DNA of 64,000 bases from Alphaproteobacteria bacterium. GTDB taxonomy: Bacteria > Pseudomonadota > Alphaproteobacteria > UBA828. The notes under the pieces are model-generated. The model had not been told where the DNA came from. It worked only from the letters and a program-made list of their open reading frames with translations, and made no database searches. The position numbers and the translations under genes are program-made. The stretch lies in NCBI GenBank assembly GCA_965221125.1, contig CBDCRW010000006.1, forward strand, positions 224,001-288,000, given 5' to 3'. Shown in pieces: positions 42,435-55,941 of this stretch (position 1 is the first letter of the stretch; the number at the start of each line of letters is the position of its first letter).

Positions 42435-43802
42435 CTACGCAGCCTGGGTGGCGGTCTCCGGCACCGGCTCGTACATGGTGACGAACTCTTCCGCCGCGGT
42501 CGGGTGGACTGCCATGGTGGCGTCGAACTGCGCCTTGGTCGCCCCGGCCTTGACGGCGATCCCGAGCAGTTGCACTGCTTCCCCGGCACCATCGCCCACC
42601 ATGTGGCAGCCCACCACACGGTCGGAAGCACGGTCGACGACGAGCTTCATGAAGACGGTCTCTTCCCGCCCGGTGAGCGTGTGCTTGAGCGGGCGGAAGC
42701 GCGTCTTGTAGATGTCCAGCGCGGGGAAGGCTTGGCGGGCCTCCTCCTCGGTCAGCCCCACGGTGCCGAGCTCCGGCGTGGTGAAGACGGCCGTCGCGAC
42801 ATCGCGGTGGTCGGGCGTTTGCGGGTTGTCGTTGTAGAGGGTCTCCGCGATGCAGCGGCCCTCGTGGATCGCCACCGGCGTCAGGTTGATGCGGTCGGTG
42901 ACGTCGCCCACGGCATAGATGCCGGCGACGCCCGTGTGCGAGTCGGCGTCGACCGGGATGGCGCCGCCTCGGGTGGTCTCGATGCCCGCGCTCTCCAGCC
43001 CGAGACCGGCGACGTTGGGCTTGCGTCCGGTGGCGAACAGCACCTGATCCGCCTCGACGACCTCGCCCGTCGTGGTCGCGACCGCGATGGCCGTTCCCGC
43101 GCGGGCAAGGGCGGTTGCGTTGACGTTGAGGCGCAGATCGACCCCGCCCTTGCGCATCTCCTCGGAGAGCACCTCGCGCAGGTCCTGGTCGAAGCCGCGC
43201 AGCGGCAGCTCGCCCCGGTAGAGCTGGGTCACCTGTGCGCCCAGCCCCTGCATGATGCAGGCGAACTCGCAGGCGACGTAGCCGCCGCCCACGATCACGA
43301 CGCGCTCGGGGAACGTGGGCAGGTCGAACATCGCGTCGGAGCTCACGGCGAGCTCGATGCCGGGGATGTCGGGCATCGTCGGCCGGCCGCCGGTCGCGAT
43401 CACGATGGTCTCGGCGCGGTGCTGCTCGTCTCCCACCGCGACCGTGTGGGCGTCCAGCATGCGGCCCGTGCCTCTGATCACGGCGGCACCCGAGTTGTCC
43501 AGGAGGCGCCCGTAGATACCCTCCAGCCGGTCGAGCTCCGCGACCTTGGCCCGGACCATTTCCGACCAGTCGAAGGAGCGCGCGCCGACGGTCCAGCCGT
43601 AGCCCGCGGCGTCCTCGAAGTCGTGGCTGAAGTGAGACGCGTAGACGAGCATCTTCTTGGGGATGCAGCCGCGATGCACGCAGGTGCCGCCCAAACGGTC
43701 GTTCTCGATGACGCCTGCGCGCGCGCCGTAGCCTGCCGCGCGTCTGGCGCAGGCCACGCCGCCCGAGCCGCCGCCAATCACCAGAAGGTCGAAATCCGCC
43801 AT
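42435..43802 (-). CDS. gor: Glutathione reductase
   Basis: GGGSGG, GGTCVHRGCIPKK, LTPVAI, HPTAAEE. Confidence 0.95.
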   Translation of the reverse strand: MADFDLLVIGGGSGGVACARRAAGYGARAGVIENDRLGGTCVHRGCIPKKMLVYASHFSHDFEDAAGYGWTVGARSFDWSEMVRAKVAELDRLEGIYGRLLDNSGAAVIRGTGRMLDAHTVAVGDEQHRAETIVIATGGRPTMPDIPGIELAVSSDAMFDLPTFPERVVIVGGGYVACEFACIMQGLGAQVTQLYRGELPLRGFDQDLREVLSEEMRKGGVDLRLNVNATALARAGTAIAVATTTGEVVEADQVLFATGRKPNVAGLGLESAGIETTRGGAIPVDADSHTGVAGIYAVGDVTDRINLTPVAIHEGRCIAETLYNDNPQTPDHRDVATAVFTTPELGTVGLTEEEARQAFPALDIYKTRFRPLKHTLTGREETVFMKLVVDRASDRVVGCHMVGDGAGEAVQLLGIAVKAGATKAQFDATMAVHPTAAEEFVTMYEPVPETATQAA

Positions 43803-43904
43803 CAGTCCCTCTCGTTTCGAGAGTTGCCACATCCGGTTTCCCAGCGACCACGGCTCGTGCCGAGCGGTACAGGCGCACACACCTGTGCCGCATGGCCGAG
43901 AGAC

Positions 43905-43980
43905 GGTGGGCCCGGCAGGACTCGAACCTGCAACAACGCCGTTATGAGCGGCGGGTTCTAACCAATTGAACTACGGGCCC
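43905..43980 (-). tRNA. tRNA with CAT anticodon, probably tRNA-Ile2
   Basis: GGGCCCGTAGTTCAATTGGTTAGAAC...CT-CAT-AA...GGTTCGAG...GGGCCCA; Ile2-like acceptor stem; ends ACCG, so CCA is not fully encoded. Confidence 0.9.
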
Positions 43981-44053
43981 GATCGGTGGGAAGCCGCGCC
44001 TATCATAACGCGGGCACGCGCAGGCGGCGAACAAATGAGGGGTTGCGGAAATA

Positions 44054-44068
44054 GAACAAATAGAGTAC
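44054..44068 (+). promoter_or_regulatory. Alphaproteobacterial LexA box overlapping the recA promoter
   Basis: GAAC-AAATAGA-GTAC (GAAC-N7-GTAC) between TTGCGG (44043) and TACAAC (44066). Confidence 0.88.
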
Positions 44069-44139
44069 AACGCTCCGCACAGCGTTACACGGCGGCTCAC
44101 ATTGCATCGGTTTCGGCCGTGTGAAATAAGGAGGCGAAC

Positions 44140-45222
<1,083 letters not shown>

Positions 45223-45350
45223 CGCGGGCAAGCGCGGGGCAGGCGGGCGCCGGCACTCGCCAATCTGGACAGTGGGCCTGAGCCGCACTAAGTAGCACGC
45301 ATCCAACCGCCGGGCCGCCTGCCGCCCGGCGGGCCATGCAGGGCCGCCCC

Positions 45351-48005
<2,655 letters not shown>

Positions 48006-48083
48006 GCCCTCGGCGCCGGCGCGCCCCGCTCGCCCCGGACCAACCCATTGGCGGGGCGGCAATTCTGGTTATTCTCCGGTTGC

Positions 48084-48806
48084 ATGAGCGACCAGACGAC
48101 ACCGCGCGAGCGCCCGCCAGCGGGTGTGTGGCAGAGCGATCTGCGCCGCTACTGCTGCGAGTTCATCGGCACCTTTTCGCTCGTCTTCTTCGCGGCGGGC
48201 GCCGTTGTCGTCGACGCCAAGATGGGCGGCACGCTCGGCGCCGTCGGCCCGGGCCTGATCTCGGGCCTCATCATCACGGTCGTCATCTACACCTTCGGCC
48301 ACGTCTCGGGCGCCCACGTCAATCCGGCGCTTTCAATCGCGGCGGCGCTGATCGGGCACCTGGAGTGGCGCCTCGTCCCCGGCTACGCGCTGGCGCAGCT
48401 TGCCGGCTCGGTGCTGGCGGGCATGTGCCTGCTGTGGGCGCTCGGCGACTTCGGCGCGATGGGGGCCAACCTGCCCAATACTGCCATCGGCATCACGCCG
48501 CTCACGGCCTTCCTCATCGAGCTCTTTCTTTCGTTCCTGCTGATGTGGGTGGTCGCGGGCGTCGGCCTCGACAAGCGCGCGCACGGCCCCTTCGCGGGCG
48601 TGGCGGTGGGCGCGGTGGTGGGCATCGAGGTGATGCTGATGGGCCCGGTCGCGGGCGCCGCGATGAACCCGGCACGAGCCTTGGGTCCCTACGTCGCCAT
48701 GGGCGACTTCACCCACTACTGGATTTACGTCGTCGGCCCGCTCATCGGCATGGCGCTCGGTGCTTACGCGTGGCGCTTCACCCACGGGCGGGGCGAGGCT
48801 AGTTGA
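48084..48806 (+). CDS. MIP/aquaporin family channel
   Basis: SGAHVNPA and MNPAR. Confidence 0.93.
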   Translation: MSDQTTPRERPPAGVWQSDLRRYCCEFIGTFSLVFFAAGAVVVDAKMGGTLGAVGPGLISGLIITVVIYTFGHVSGAHVNPALSIAAALIGHLEWRLVPGYALAQLAGSVLAGMCLLWALGDFGAMGANLPNTAIGITPLTAFLIELFLSFLLMWVVAGVGLDKRAHGPFAGVAVGAVVGIEVMLMGPVAGAAMNPARALGPYVAMGDFTHYWIYVVGPLIGMALGAYAWRFTHGRGEAS

Positions 48807-50133
48807 CCAGCGTGCCGGCGCGTTCCCGGAGCGAGCGGCCAAACGGGCAATCGGGCTTCAGCGCAACGCGCTCGTTCGCCAAAGCCTGCGCAAGCCCCTG
48901 CTGGCGATCGCGAATCGCGGCCTCGATCAGCGTGCGGTGGACAACGTCGCGCTGGGCGTGGCTGCCGCCGAAAATCCAGGCGCGGTAGCGCACGGGCATC
49001 AGCAGGTCCACCGCCGCGCCGTAGCGCCCGGCGCCGAAGGCGCGGATCGCGCGGACGATTGGCAGACCCACCTCGCGGGTCATGCGGGCGTTGGTGCCCG
49101 TCCCCTCGGCTTCCGAAACCGCCGCCTTCTCCAGCGCGTCCGCCGCCCCGTCGCGACCGGCGGCCACGTAGGCCATCATCGCGTGCATGTCGTTGAACGC
49201 GTAGAAGCCGTGCTCGGCGGCGAGCGCCTCGTAGGTCGTGGCGAGGGTCTCGAAGCGGTCGCCCGTATCGATCCTGCGCAGGTGTAGGCGCCAGAGCAGC
49301 GCCGCCGCATCCAGCATCTCCAGCTGGACCTCGGAGGGCTCGGGCTGCAGCACCGTGTCGTAAATCTCCAACACCCGGTCGAAGCGGTCGTTGTCGAGAT
49401 TGAAGAGCGAGACGTGCCACCAGTTGTGGAAAGCGAAGGTATTGTCGTCCTGCGCCCAGTGGGCCTGACGCTCCTCCATGAAGGCGATGCCTTCCTCCTG
49501 CCGGGCCTGCATCTCCAGCACGTGGCAGACCGCATGCTGCGCCCAGCAGTCGTCGGGCTCCAGCGCCAGCGCCTGCCTGCCGGCGTCCTCCGCTGCGCCG
49601 TAGTCGCCGCACTCCTCCAGGCCGAAGGCGGTCATGCCGAGCAGGATGCCGTAGTCGGGATCGTCCGCGGTCCAGGCCGGCAGCGCGCGGGCCACGCGGC
49701 CCCGCAGATTGTCGCGGTCGCCCTGGAAGAAGTCGGAGAGATGGCCGCATTGGAGCGCCACCACGTCGCGCGGCTCGTCGGCGACGATGCGGTCGAGCCT
49801 CGCCGACATGCCTTGCCAGTCGCCGGCGGCCCAATCCGCGATCGCCGCGATATGGGCTCGCTCGCGCTCCGTGGCCTTGTCCGCGAGCGCCTTGAGGCGG
49901 CCGAGGCCGGCCTCGACCTCCGGCAGCACGCTCCTCTCCCACAGCATCGTGTGCATCTCGGTGCGGAAGATGTGCCCCGCCACGAAGTCCGGATCGTCGG
50001 CCAACGCCCGGTCGATGGTCTCGACGGCGTCGCCCCGATAGATCTGGAACTGCCGGATCGCCGTCTCGAGGATCTCCAGGCTCCTGGGGTTGGTCGCCGA
50101 TGTCGGCACGCCGCGGGCGTCGCTGAGGGCCAC
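48799..50133 (-). CDS. TTC38-like tetratricopeptide repeat protein
   Basis: AFGLEECG, WAQHAVCHVLEM, HNWWH, GGSHAQRD. Confidence 0.88.
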   Translation of the reverse strand: MALSDARGVPTSATNPRSLEILETAIRQFQIYRGDAVETIDRALADDPDFVAGHIFRTEMHTMLWERSVLPEVEAGLGRLKALADKATERERAHIAAIADWAAGDWQGMSARLDRIVADEPRDVVALQCGHLSDFFQGDRDNLRGRVARALPAWTADDPDYGILLGMTAFGLEECGDYGAAEDAGRQALALEPDDCWAQHAVCHVLEMQARQEEGIAFMEERQAHWAQDDNTFAFHNWWHVSLFNLDNDRFDRVLEIYDTVLQPEPSEVQLEMLDAAALLWRLHLRRIDTGDRFETLATTYEALAAEHGFYAFNDMHAMMAYVAAGRDGAADALEKAAVSEAEGTGTNARMTREVGLPIVRAIRAFGAGRYGAAVDLLMPVRYRAWIFGGSHAQRDVVHRTLIEAAIRDRQQGLAQALANERVALKPDCPFGRSLRERAGTLVN

Positions 50134-50231
50134 GGGACTTGTCCTTCTCGTCGGGGTCGAATGCAGCCGGCGCCAAGCAAGCCAGCAAATCGGCGATCCG
50201 TCCAGACCGTTTCGGCCCGTCGGAGGAGCCC

Positions 50232-51401
50232 TCAGGCGGGGCGCCTGCTCCACGATATGCTCGTCGTCAGCCCGGCCGCGGCGGCGAGCGCGCCGGTGGC
50301 CAGCAACGACGGCACCAGGTAACTGCCGAGCGAATCGTAGAGCACGCCGGCGAACGTCGGCCCCACCATCTGGCCCAGTCCCCAAGCCGCCGTCATCAGG
50401 GCGATGCTGCGGCGCGCATCGCCGGCGGAGAGATGACGGGCCTCGATAAGGCCAATCGCCGTCAGCCCCACGAAGGTCCCGCCGAGCAGGCCGGCCGCCA
50501 GCAGAATGGACCAGATGCCGCCGCCCAGAACGCTGAGCGCCACGCCAACCCCCTCCACCAGGCAGCCGATGGCGAACGCGCGCTCGTTGCCCCAGCGCCG
50601 TCCGGCCCAGCCCCAGAGCGCCACCGAGGGCGCTGCCGTCAGGCCGACGCAGAGCCAGACCAGGTGCTCCGCTGGCTGCAGCACGGGGTCGGCGCGCACC
50701 ATGTCGGCGACGAAGGTGGCGGTGATGACGTAGCCGAAGCCGACCAGGCCGTAGGCGACGATCAGGCGGCCGAGACCCCTCCGCGCCGTGCCGGCGCCGG
50801 AGTGCGGCACTCCCGTCGCCGACGGGCGCGGCACGCGCAGCAGCAGCGCGGCCAGTATCGAGAGCACGATGGCCAGGCCGCCGCACAGCACCCACGGGCC
50901 TTGCCAGTCGCTCTCTCCCGATGCGGCCGCCGGAACGGCCAGGGACGAGATTGCGATGCCGCTGCCGACGCCGGCATACATCACCGCCGCCCAGCCATCG
51001 CGGCCGGCGGCGGCGAGGCGGTCCATCACCAGGGAGGACGCGAGCACCATCACCAGCGCGCCCGCGCCGCCGCCGACGAAGCGCAGGATCAGGAACAGAC
51101 CCAGGTCCGTCGTGAGCGCCATGGCGCCGGTGCTGAGCCCGCACAGCGCGAGCGCCCCCAGCAGCCAGGCACGGGGATCGCCGGGCACGGCGCGCCAGGC
51201 CGCGGCGAGCGCGCCCACGAAGTACCCGAGGTAGTTGGCGGACGCGATCAGGCCGGCCTGCGATCGGTCCAGCTCGAGGCCCGCGATCATGTACGGCAGG
51301 ATCGGCGTGTAGGCGAAGCGTCCGATGCCGATGCCGACCGCGAGCGACAAGAGGCCCGCAGCGGCCAGAACGGCCGGATGGCGGACACGCTGCACCGCCA
51401 T
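50232..51401 (-). CDS. YbfB/YjiJ-family MFS transporter
   Basis: GIGRFAYTPILP, ANYLGY, GFGYVITATF. Confidence 0.9.
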   Translation of the reverse strand: MAVQRVRHPAVLAAAGLLSLAVGIGIGRFAYTPILPYMIAGLELDRSQAGLIASANYLGYFVGALAAAWRAVPGDPRAWLLGALALCGLSTGAMALTTDLGLFLILRFVGGGAGALVMVLASSLVMDRLAAAGRDGWAAVMYAGVGSGIAISSLAVPAAASGESDWQGPWVLCGGLAIVLSILAALLLRVPRPSATGVPHSGAGTARRGLGRLIVAYGLVGFGYVITATFVADMVRADPVLQPAEHLVWLCVGLTAAPSVALWGWAGRRWGNERAFAIGCLVEGVGVALSVLGGGIWSILLAAGLLGGTFVGLTAIGLIEARHLSAGDARRSIALMTAAWGLGQMVGPTFAGVLYDSLGSYLVPSLLATGALAAAAGLTTSISWSRRPA

Positions 51402-51458
51402 CAGAGCGTCCGATGCCGGGGGCCGCGATCGTGCCTCCCGGCGCCGCGGGTTACGAGC

Positions 51459-52109
51459 TCAGAGGATCGTTGCGTCCAACATCTGATGCGCCGCGTCGGT
51501 CGGGCCCCATGCGCTGTCCGGGTGGAACACCAGCACGTCGAGCGCGTCCTCGCCGGTCTCGAAACGATGACGCTCTCCTGCGGGAATCCTCCACGCCCTG
51601 CCAGGGCACAGGACCATCGGAGCTCCCGATTCATGGTGCGCCAATCCCTGGCCCCGGACCACCATTCCGATGCGATCGCTCGGATGATGATGTTCGGCCT
51701 GCACGGTACCGGCAACGATATGCAGGTGGTTCACGCATGGATCGCCCTTTTGGGGTGGCATGACCAGCAGCGAGGACGAACAGCCGTCCATGTACTTGTT
51801 GCGTCCGACATCCTCTACGTATCCGCCACACGGCGGCAGGGCCATGCCGACGTCGATAATGAGCATCTCGTTGCGGCGGTAGGGTGGCATGAAAAACCCG
51901 CCCACCGAGAACGCGGGCCGCATGTCATGCAGCATCGTGTTCGGGCTGTCCGGATTTCCCCAAAGGGCCAGTTCAAAGAAGCACACCTGGTCGGGAGAGG
52001 GATTGCGGGCAACCGTTGCAGCGTCTGTGGTTTCCAGTTCTTGCACGGAATCCTCCAACGCTGTTGGACTTATTAACTCGACGTGGGGCGGACACGACGA
52101 GGCCGCCAA
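51459..52109 (-). CDS. Cupin-domain protein (start uncertain)
   Basis: YMDGCSSSLL...GDPCVNHLH...HHHPSDRIG...HRFET...FHPDSAWGPTD. Confidence 0.75.
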   Translation of the reverse strand: MAASSCPPHVELISPTALEDSVQELETTDAATVARNPSPDQVCFFELALWGNPDSPNTMLHDMRPAFSVGGFFMPPYRRNEMLIIDVGMALPPCGGYVEDVGRNKYMDGCSSSLLVMPPQKGDPCVNHLHIVAGTVQAEHHHPSDRIGMVVRGQGLAHHESGAPMVLCPGRAWRIPAGERHRFETGEDALDVLVFHPDSAWGPTDAAHQMLDATIL

Positions 52110-52267
52110 TACCGTTTTCTGTCGATCCGCATAATGAATTCCAATGAAGCGCGGTTCCCGGCGATTCCCCGCCGCGCTTCGTCAACATTCCGCCAAGGTG
52201 GTATGACTCCTGTTCAGTGGCGCGCGGGTGCGGGCTCCGATGCTCTCGCGACCAAGGAGCAACGCCC

Positions 52268-52663
52268 ATGTCTTCAAGAGATGTCGTGAAGGGCTTCCTC
52301 GACCAGCTTGCGGGCGGCGACGCCGCTACCATCGTGGCCATGTTCACCGACGACGCGGTGATCGACATGCCGGGCGGCGACGACCTGCCCTGGGCGGGCC
52401 GCTGGCAGGGCCGGGCCGCGATCGAGGACTATTTTCGGGTCATGCCGGCGGCGCTCGCCATGCACGAGCATGTCATCAGCACCTGGGTCACGGAAGGCGA
52501 CACCGTCTCCGTCAACGGCGAGGAAGCCGGCTCGTCCAAGGTCAGCGGCAAGCACTACCGCGCGAAGTGGTGCTGGGTCTTCACCGTGCGCGACGGCAGG
52601 ATCGCCGTCTGGGACGCCTACGAGGACACGCAGGCGCTCTCCGCCTGCGGCCCCTGGCGCTAG
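52268..52663 (+). CDS. SnoaL/NTF2-like protein
   Basis: AAGGAG RBS; LPWAGRWQG, FTVRDGRI, YEDT. Confidence 0.88.
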   Translation: MSSRDVVKGFLDQLAGGDAATIVAMFTDDAVIDMPGGDDLPWAGRWQGRAAIEDYFRVMPAALAMHEHVISTWVTEGDTVSVNGEEAGSSKVSGKHYRAKWCWVFTVRDGRIAVWDAYEDTQALSACGPWR

Positions 52664-52672
52664 GCGGCGCGC

Positions 52673-53911
52673 TTGAGCGGCGCCGACAGCGCGGGGGAAG
52701 GCGGCGCAGCGGGCGCCCCCGTGGCGCGCACCCGGTGGGGCGTCGTCGCGGTCACCATCTTCGCGAGCGTGTTCGTGGGCTACGCCGTCGGCAAGGTGCC
52801 GCCGACCATCGGGCTGATTTCGGATGAATTCGCGCTCGACAGGGTCACCGCCGGCTGGCTCGCCTCCATCTTCTTCGTGTTCGGCGCGGGCTTTGGCGTC
52901 CTGACCGGGATGACCGGCGCACGCGTCGGCGCCCGCACTCTCCTCCTTACCGGCACTCTCGTTCTCGTCCTCAGCGGCGTCGCCGGCGCGCTGGCCACCA
53001 GCGCCGCCGTGCTGCTCGCGGTCCGCGTCTTCGAGGGGATCAGCTTCGCCGCCATCGTGTCCTCTGCGCCCAAGATCACCTTCGATGCCGCGCGGCCCGG
53101 GGACCGCAACCTCGCGCTCGGCATCTGGAGCGGCTACATGCCGGGCGGCATGGCGCTCGCCATGGTGGTGGCGCCCTTCCTCGCCGAATCGCTGGGCTGG
53201 CGCAGCCTCTGGTGGCTCTGCGCCGGGGCGGCGCTGCTGGCGGCGCTGCTCGTGGCGGCCGGCACGACTCGCCGGCGCTGGCCCGAGCAACCGAGCCGCG
53301 ACGCGGACGCTCGTTTCGACTGGGCCGGGGCAAAGGCGACGGTGCCGGTCGGCGCCTTGTGGCTCTACGGCGGGGCGTTCCTGCTCTTCACCGTTCAATG
53401 GTTCGCGGTCGCCGCCTGGCTGCCCACCTTCCTGACCGAGACGCAAGGCCGCGGGCCCATCGGCGCCGCGCTCTTCTCTGCGCTGGTGGTGGGCATGAAC
53501 GTCACCGGCAACCTTGCCGGCGGCTGGCTGATGCAAAGGCGCGTGCCGCGCTTCGTGCTCGTCGCGGCGGCCAACGTCATCATGGCCGTCACCGGCATGC
53601 TGATCCTCGCAGGCTTCGTGCCGGACGAGGCCAAGATCCCGCTGGCGATAATCTTCAGCGCCTGCAGCGGCGTGCTGCCCGCGGCCGCCTATGGCGGCGC
53701 CGCCGCGCACGCGCCCAAGCCCCAGCTCGTGGCGATGGCCAACGGCTTCATGGTGCAGGGCGCCGCGATCGGCATGCTGCTCGGGCCGCCGCTGATGGCG
53801 GTCGTGGTGGGCGGCTTCGGCAGCTGGGAGTCCGCGTGGTGGTGCATGTTGATCTGCCCCGCCGCAGGCGTCGTCATCGCTGCCCGCCTCTTCGCCATCG
53901 AGCGCCGCTAG
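52673..53911 (+). CDS. MFS transporter (CynX-like)
   Basis: Multiple TM helices, GKVPP, WLPTFL. Confidence 0.85.
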   Translation: MSGADSAGEGGAAGAPVARTRWGVVAVTIFASVFVGYAVGKVPPTIGLISDEFALDRVTAGWLASIFFVFGAGFGVLTGMTGARVGARTLLLTGTLVLVLSGVAGALATSAAVLLAVRVFEGISFAAIVSSAPKITFDAARPGDRNLALGIWSGYMPGGMALAMVVAPFLAESLGWRSLWWLCAGAALLAALLVAAGTTRRRWPEQPSRDADARFDWAGAKATVPVGALWLYGGAFLLFTVQWFAVAAWLPTFLTETQGRGPIGAALFSALVVGMNVTGNLAGGWLMQRRVPRFVLVAAANVIMAVTGMLILAGFVPDEAKIPLAIIFSACSGVLPAAAYGGAAAHAPKPQLVAMANGFMVQGAAIGMLLGPPLMAVVVGGFGSWESAWWCMLICPAAGVVIAARLFAIERR

Positions 53912-53943
53912 AGCGTTTCCGTCTCAGACGGAAACGCTCTAGC
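53907..53943. repeat. Perfect 37-bp palindrome (REP-like)
   Basis: GCTAGAGCGTTTCCGTCT-C-AGACGGAAACGCTCTAGC; contains the MFS TAG stop. Confidence 0.85.
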
Positions 53944-54059
53944 AATTTTTCGCTCACGGCAGCCGGTCTTCGACCGGCGCCTGCGCGGGCGCGCCGCATT
54001 CGCGGCGGGCCGCGGTCGCGGCCTGTCGCGCGTCCGTCAATGACGAACGCGCTCTGATC

Positions 54060-54998
54060 TCACGGGCGTGCGGTGCCGGCGGAGCGGCCCGCGTAGACGT
54101 CGCCCCGCTGGATCACCAGGCTCGCGGCGAGCACGATCAGGATGCCGGGGATGGTGAGCACGCTGGGCAGGCCCTTGCCGATCGCCCAGTCGATGGCGAG
54201 CACGAAGGCCGGCAGCAGGTAGCTGTACGACTGCACCCGGGTGGGGCCGAGCCTGATCGTGGTCCACTGCATCAGGAAGAAGGAAATGACGGTCGAGAGA
54301 AGCGCGATGCCGGCGACGCCGCCGTAGGCGAAGAGCGGGACGGCGCCCCAGTCCATGGTCCACAGCGCGCTGTTGGCGAGCACCAGGAACCAGACGGCAT
54401 TCATGGTCACCACCCAGAAGGTCATGACCATCACCGGCTCGCCCCGGTGGTAGCGCTTGACCAGCGGGCTGTAGAAGCCCATCGCGATGCAGCCCGCGAA
54501 CACGATCAGGTCGCCCTTGTTGAGATCGAGGCCGACGAAGCGGTCCCAGTCGCCGCGGAAGACCACCCAGAGCGCGCCGATCAGGCCGATGCCGAGCGCC
54601 GCCAGGCGATGCCAGCCCAGCCGCTCGCCCACCAGGATCGCGCCGCCGATCGCCGTGAGGCCCGGGATCAGGGTGGAGATGGCGCCGGTGTTGAGCGCGC
54701 TGGTGAAGCGCAGGCCGTAGAACATGCACCAGAAGAAGGCGACGAGCGACGTGCTGATCGCCGCATAGCCGGCGAGCGCGCGCCAGCCCGGCCAGGCGAT
54801 GCCGTGGCGCCAGGCGACCACCGGCCCGAAGATCGCCATCGCCAGCACGAAGCGGAGGAAGAGCAGGACGCCGGTATCGAGCTCGTTGGCGATGGCCTCG
54901 CCCACCGGATAGCTGAAGGAAATGAGGAACATGGCGACGAACACCGCGGCGTGGACGCCGGGTGTGGGGATGTCGCGCGGGGCCGGTGACTCGGTCAT
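54060..54998 (-). CDS. DMT/EamA transporter
   Basis: Hydrophobic helices throughout, duplicated EamA pattern. Confidence 0.88.
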   Translation of the reverse strand: MTESPAPRDIPTPGVHAAVFVAMFLISFSYPVGEAIANELDTGVLLFLRFVLAMAIFGPVVAWRHGIAWPGWRALAGYAAISTSLVAFFWCMFYGLRFTSALNTGAISTLIPGLTAIGGAILVGERLGWHRLAALGIGLIGALWVVFRGDWDRFVGLDLNKGDLIVFAGCIAMGFYSPLVKRYHRGEPVMVMTFWVVTMNAVWFLVLANSALWTMDWGAVPLFAYGGVAGIALLSTVISFFLMQWTTIRLGPTRVQSYSYLLPAFVLAIDWAIGKGLPSVLTIPGILIVLAASLVIQRGDVYAGRSAGTARP

Positions 54999-55084
54999 GG
55001 CGCGCCACCGTGGCGCAGCCCCGCGCGCAGGTCCAGCGCCGCCCTCGCCTGCCGGAAGTGCGCGCCCAACGACGCTTGGCGGCT

Positions 55085-55113
55085 CTTGAATCCCCGTTTT
55101 CCCGTCACCATCT
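55085..55113 (+). promoter_or_regulatory. RpoH (sigma32)-type promoter
   Basis: CTTGAA-N17-CCATCT upstream of a small heat-shock gene. Confidence 0.75.
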
Positions 55114-55116
55114 CAG

Positions 55117-55223
55117 CACTGCCCGAGGGGGTGCCGCAGAGCGGGCCCCGGACGGGCATGGAACCGGTCCGGCCATGACGGCGGACCACGGAAGACTTGC
55201 TTACGACAAGGAGTCAAACCATG
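55117..55223 (+). promoter_or_regulatory. ROSE-like RNA thermometer
   Basis: Last hairpin GACTTGCTT-acgac-AAGGAGTC pairs UUGCU with the SD, with the bulged/mismatched G. Confidence 0.75.
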
Positions 55224-55673
55224 CGTGCATTCGATCTTTCCCCGCTCTTCAGCACCACGGTCGGTTTCGACCGGATGGCCCGGATGCTCGAGCAGATGCC
55301 GAGCGAGACGGCGCCCTCGTACCCGCCCTACAACATCCAGAAGCTGGACGAGAACGCCTATCGCGTGACGCTGGCCGTCGCCGGCTTCGGCGACGACGAG
55401 ATCGCGATCGAGGTGAAGGAGAACCTGCTCACCGTGTCGGGCAAGCTCGCCAGGGAGAATGGCGCGAACGAGAGCTATCTCCACCGCGGCATCGCCGCCC
55501 GCGCGTTCGAGCGGCGCTTCAACCTCGCCGATCACATCCAGGTGACGGGGGCTGCGCTGGACAAGGGGCTGCTCCACATCGACCTGGTGCGCGAGCTTCC
55601 CGAAGCGCTGAAGGCGCGCCGGATCGCCATCGACACCGGCGGCCGGAAGCGGCTCGACCGCAAGGCGTCGTAA
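55221..55673 (+). CDS. ibpA: Small heat-shock protein Hsp20
   Basis: TVGFDR, YPPYNI, AVAGF, YLHRGIA, GLLHIDL. Confidence 0.95.
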   Translation: MRAFDLSPLFSTTVGFDRMARMLEQMPSETAPSYPPYNIQKLDENAYRVTLAVAGFGDDEIAIEVKENLLTVSGKLARENGANESYLHRGIAARAFERRFNLADHIQVTGAALDKGLLHIDLVRELPEALKARRIAIDTGGRKRLDRKAS

Positions 55674-55719
55674 CCGGGCCTGGGCCGCGGGATCGCGTCG
55701 CGGCCGGGTCCAAGAGAGC

Positions 55720-55751
55720 GGGGCGCGGGCCGAAGGGTTCGCGCCCCTTTT
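55720..55751 (+). terminator. Intrinsic terminator after ibpA
   Basis: GGGGCGCG...CGCGCCCC followed by TTTT. Confidence 0.7.
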
Positions 55752-55941
55752 CCGTTTGGTCTTCCACGCTTGATTTGCCCGCCGCCGCCAGGTTGAGATA
55801 ACGCCTCCGCGGGTCATTCGTATGACTACGTAGAGCGAGAAATTTGTTTTCGTATAAATGGCCGAGGTCGTTTCTCCGTGCTACCTTGCGCGCGGAACGA
55901 GCGGCGCGCCCTCCGGGTGCGCTTGGTCCTGACGCGGGAGG

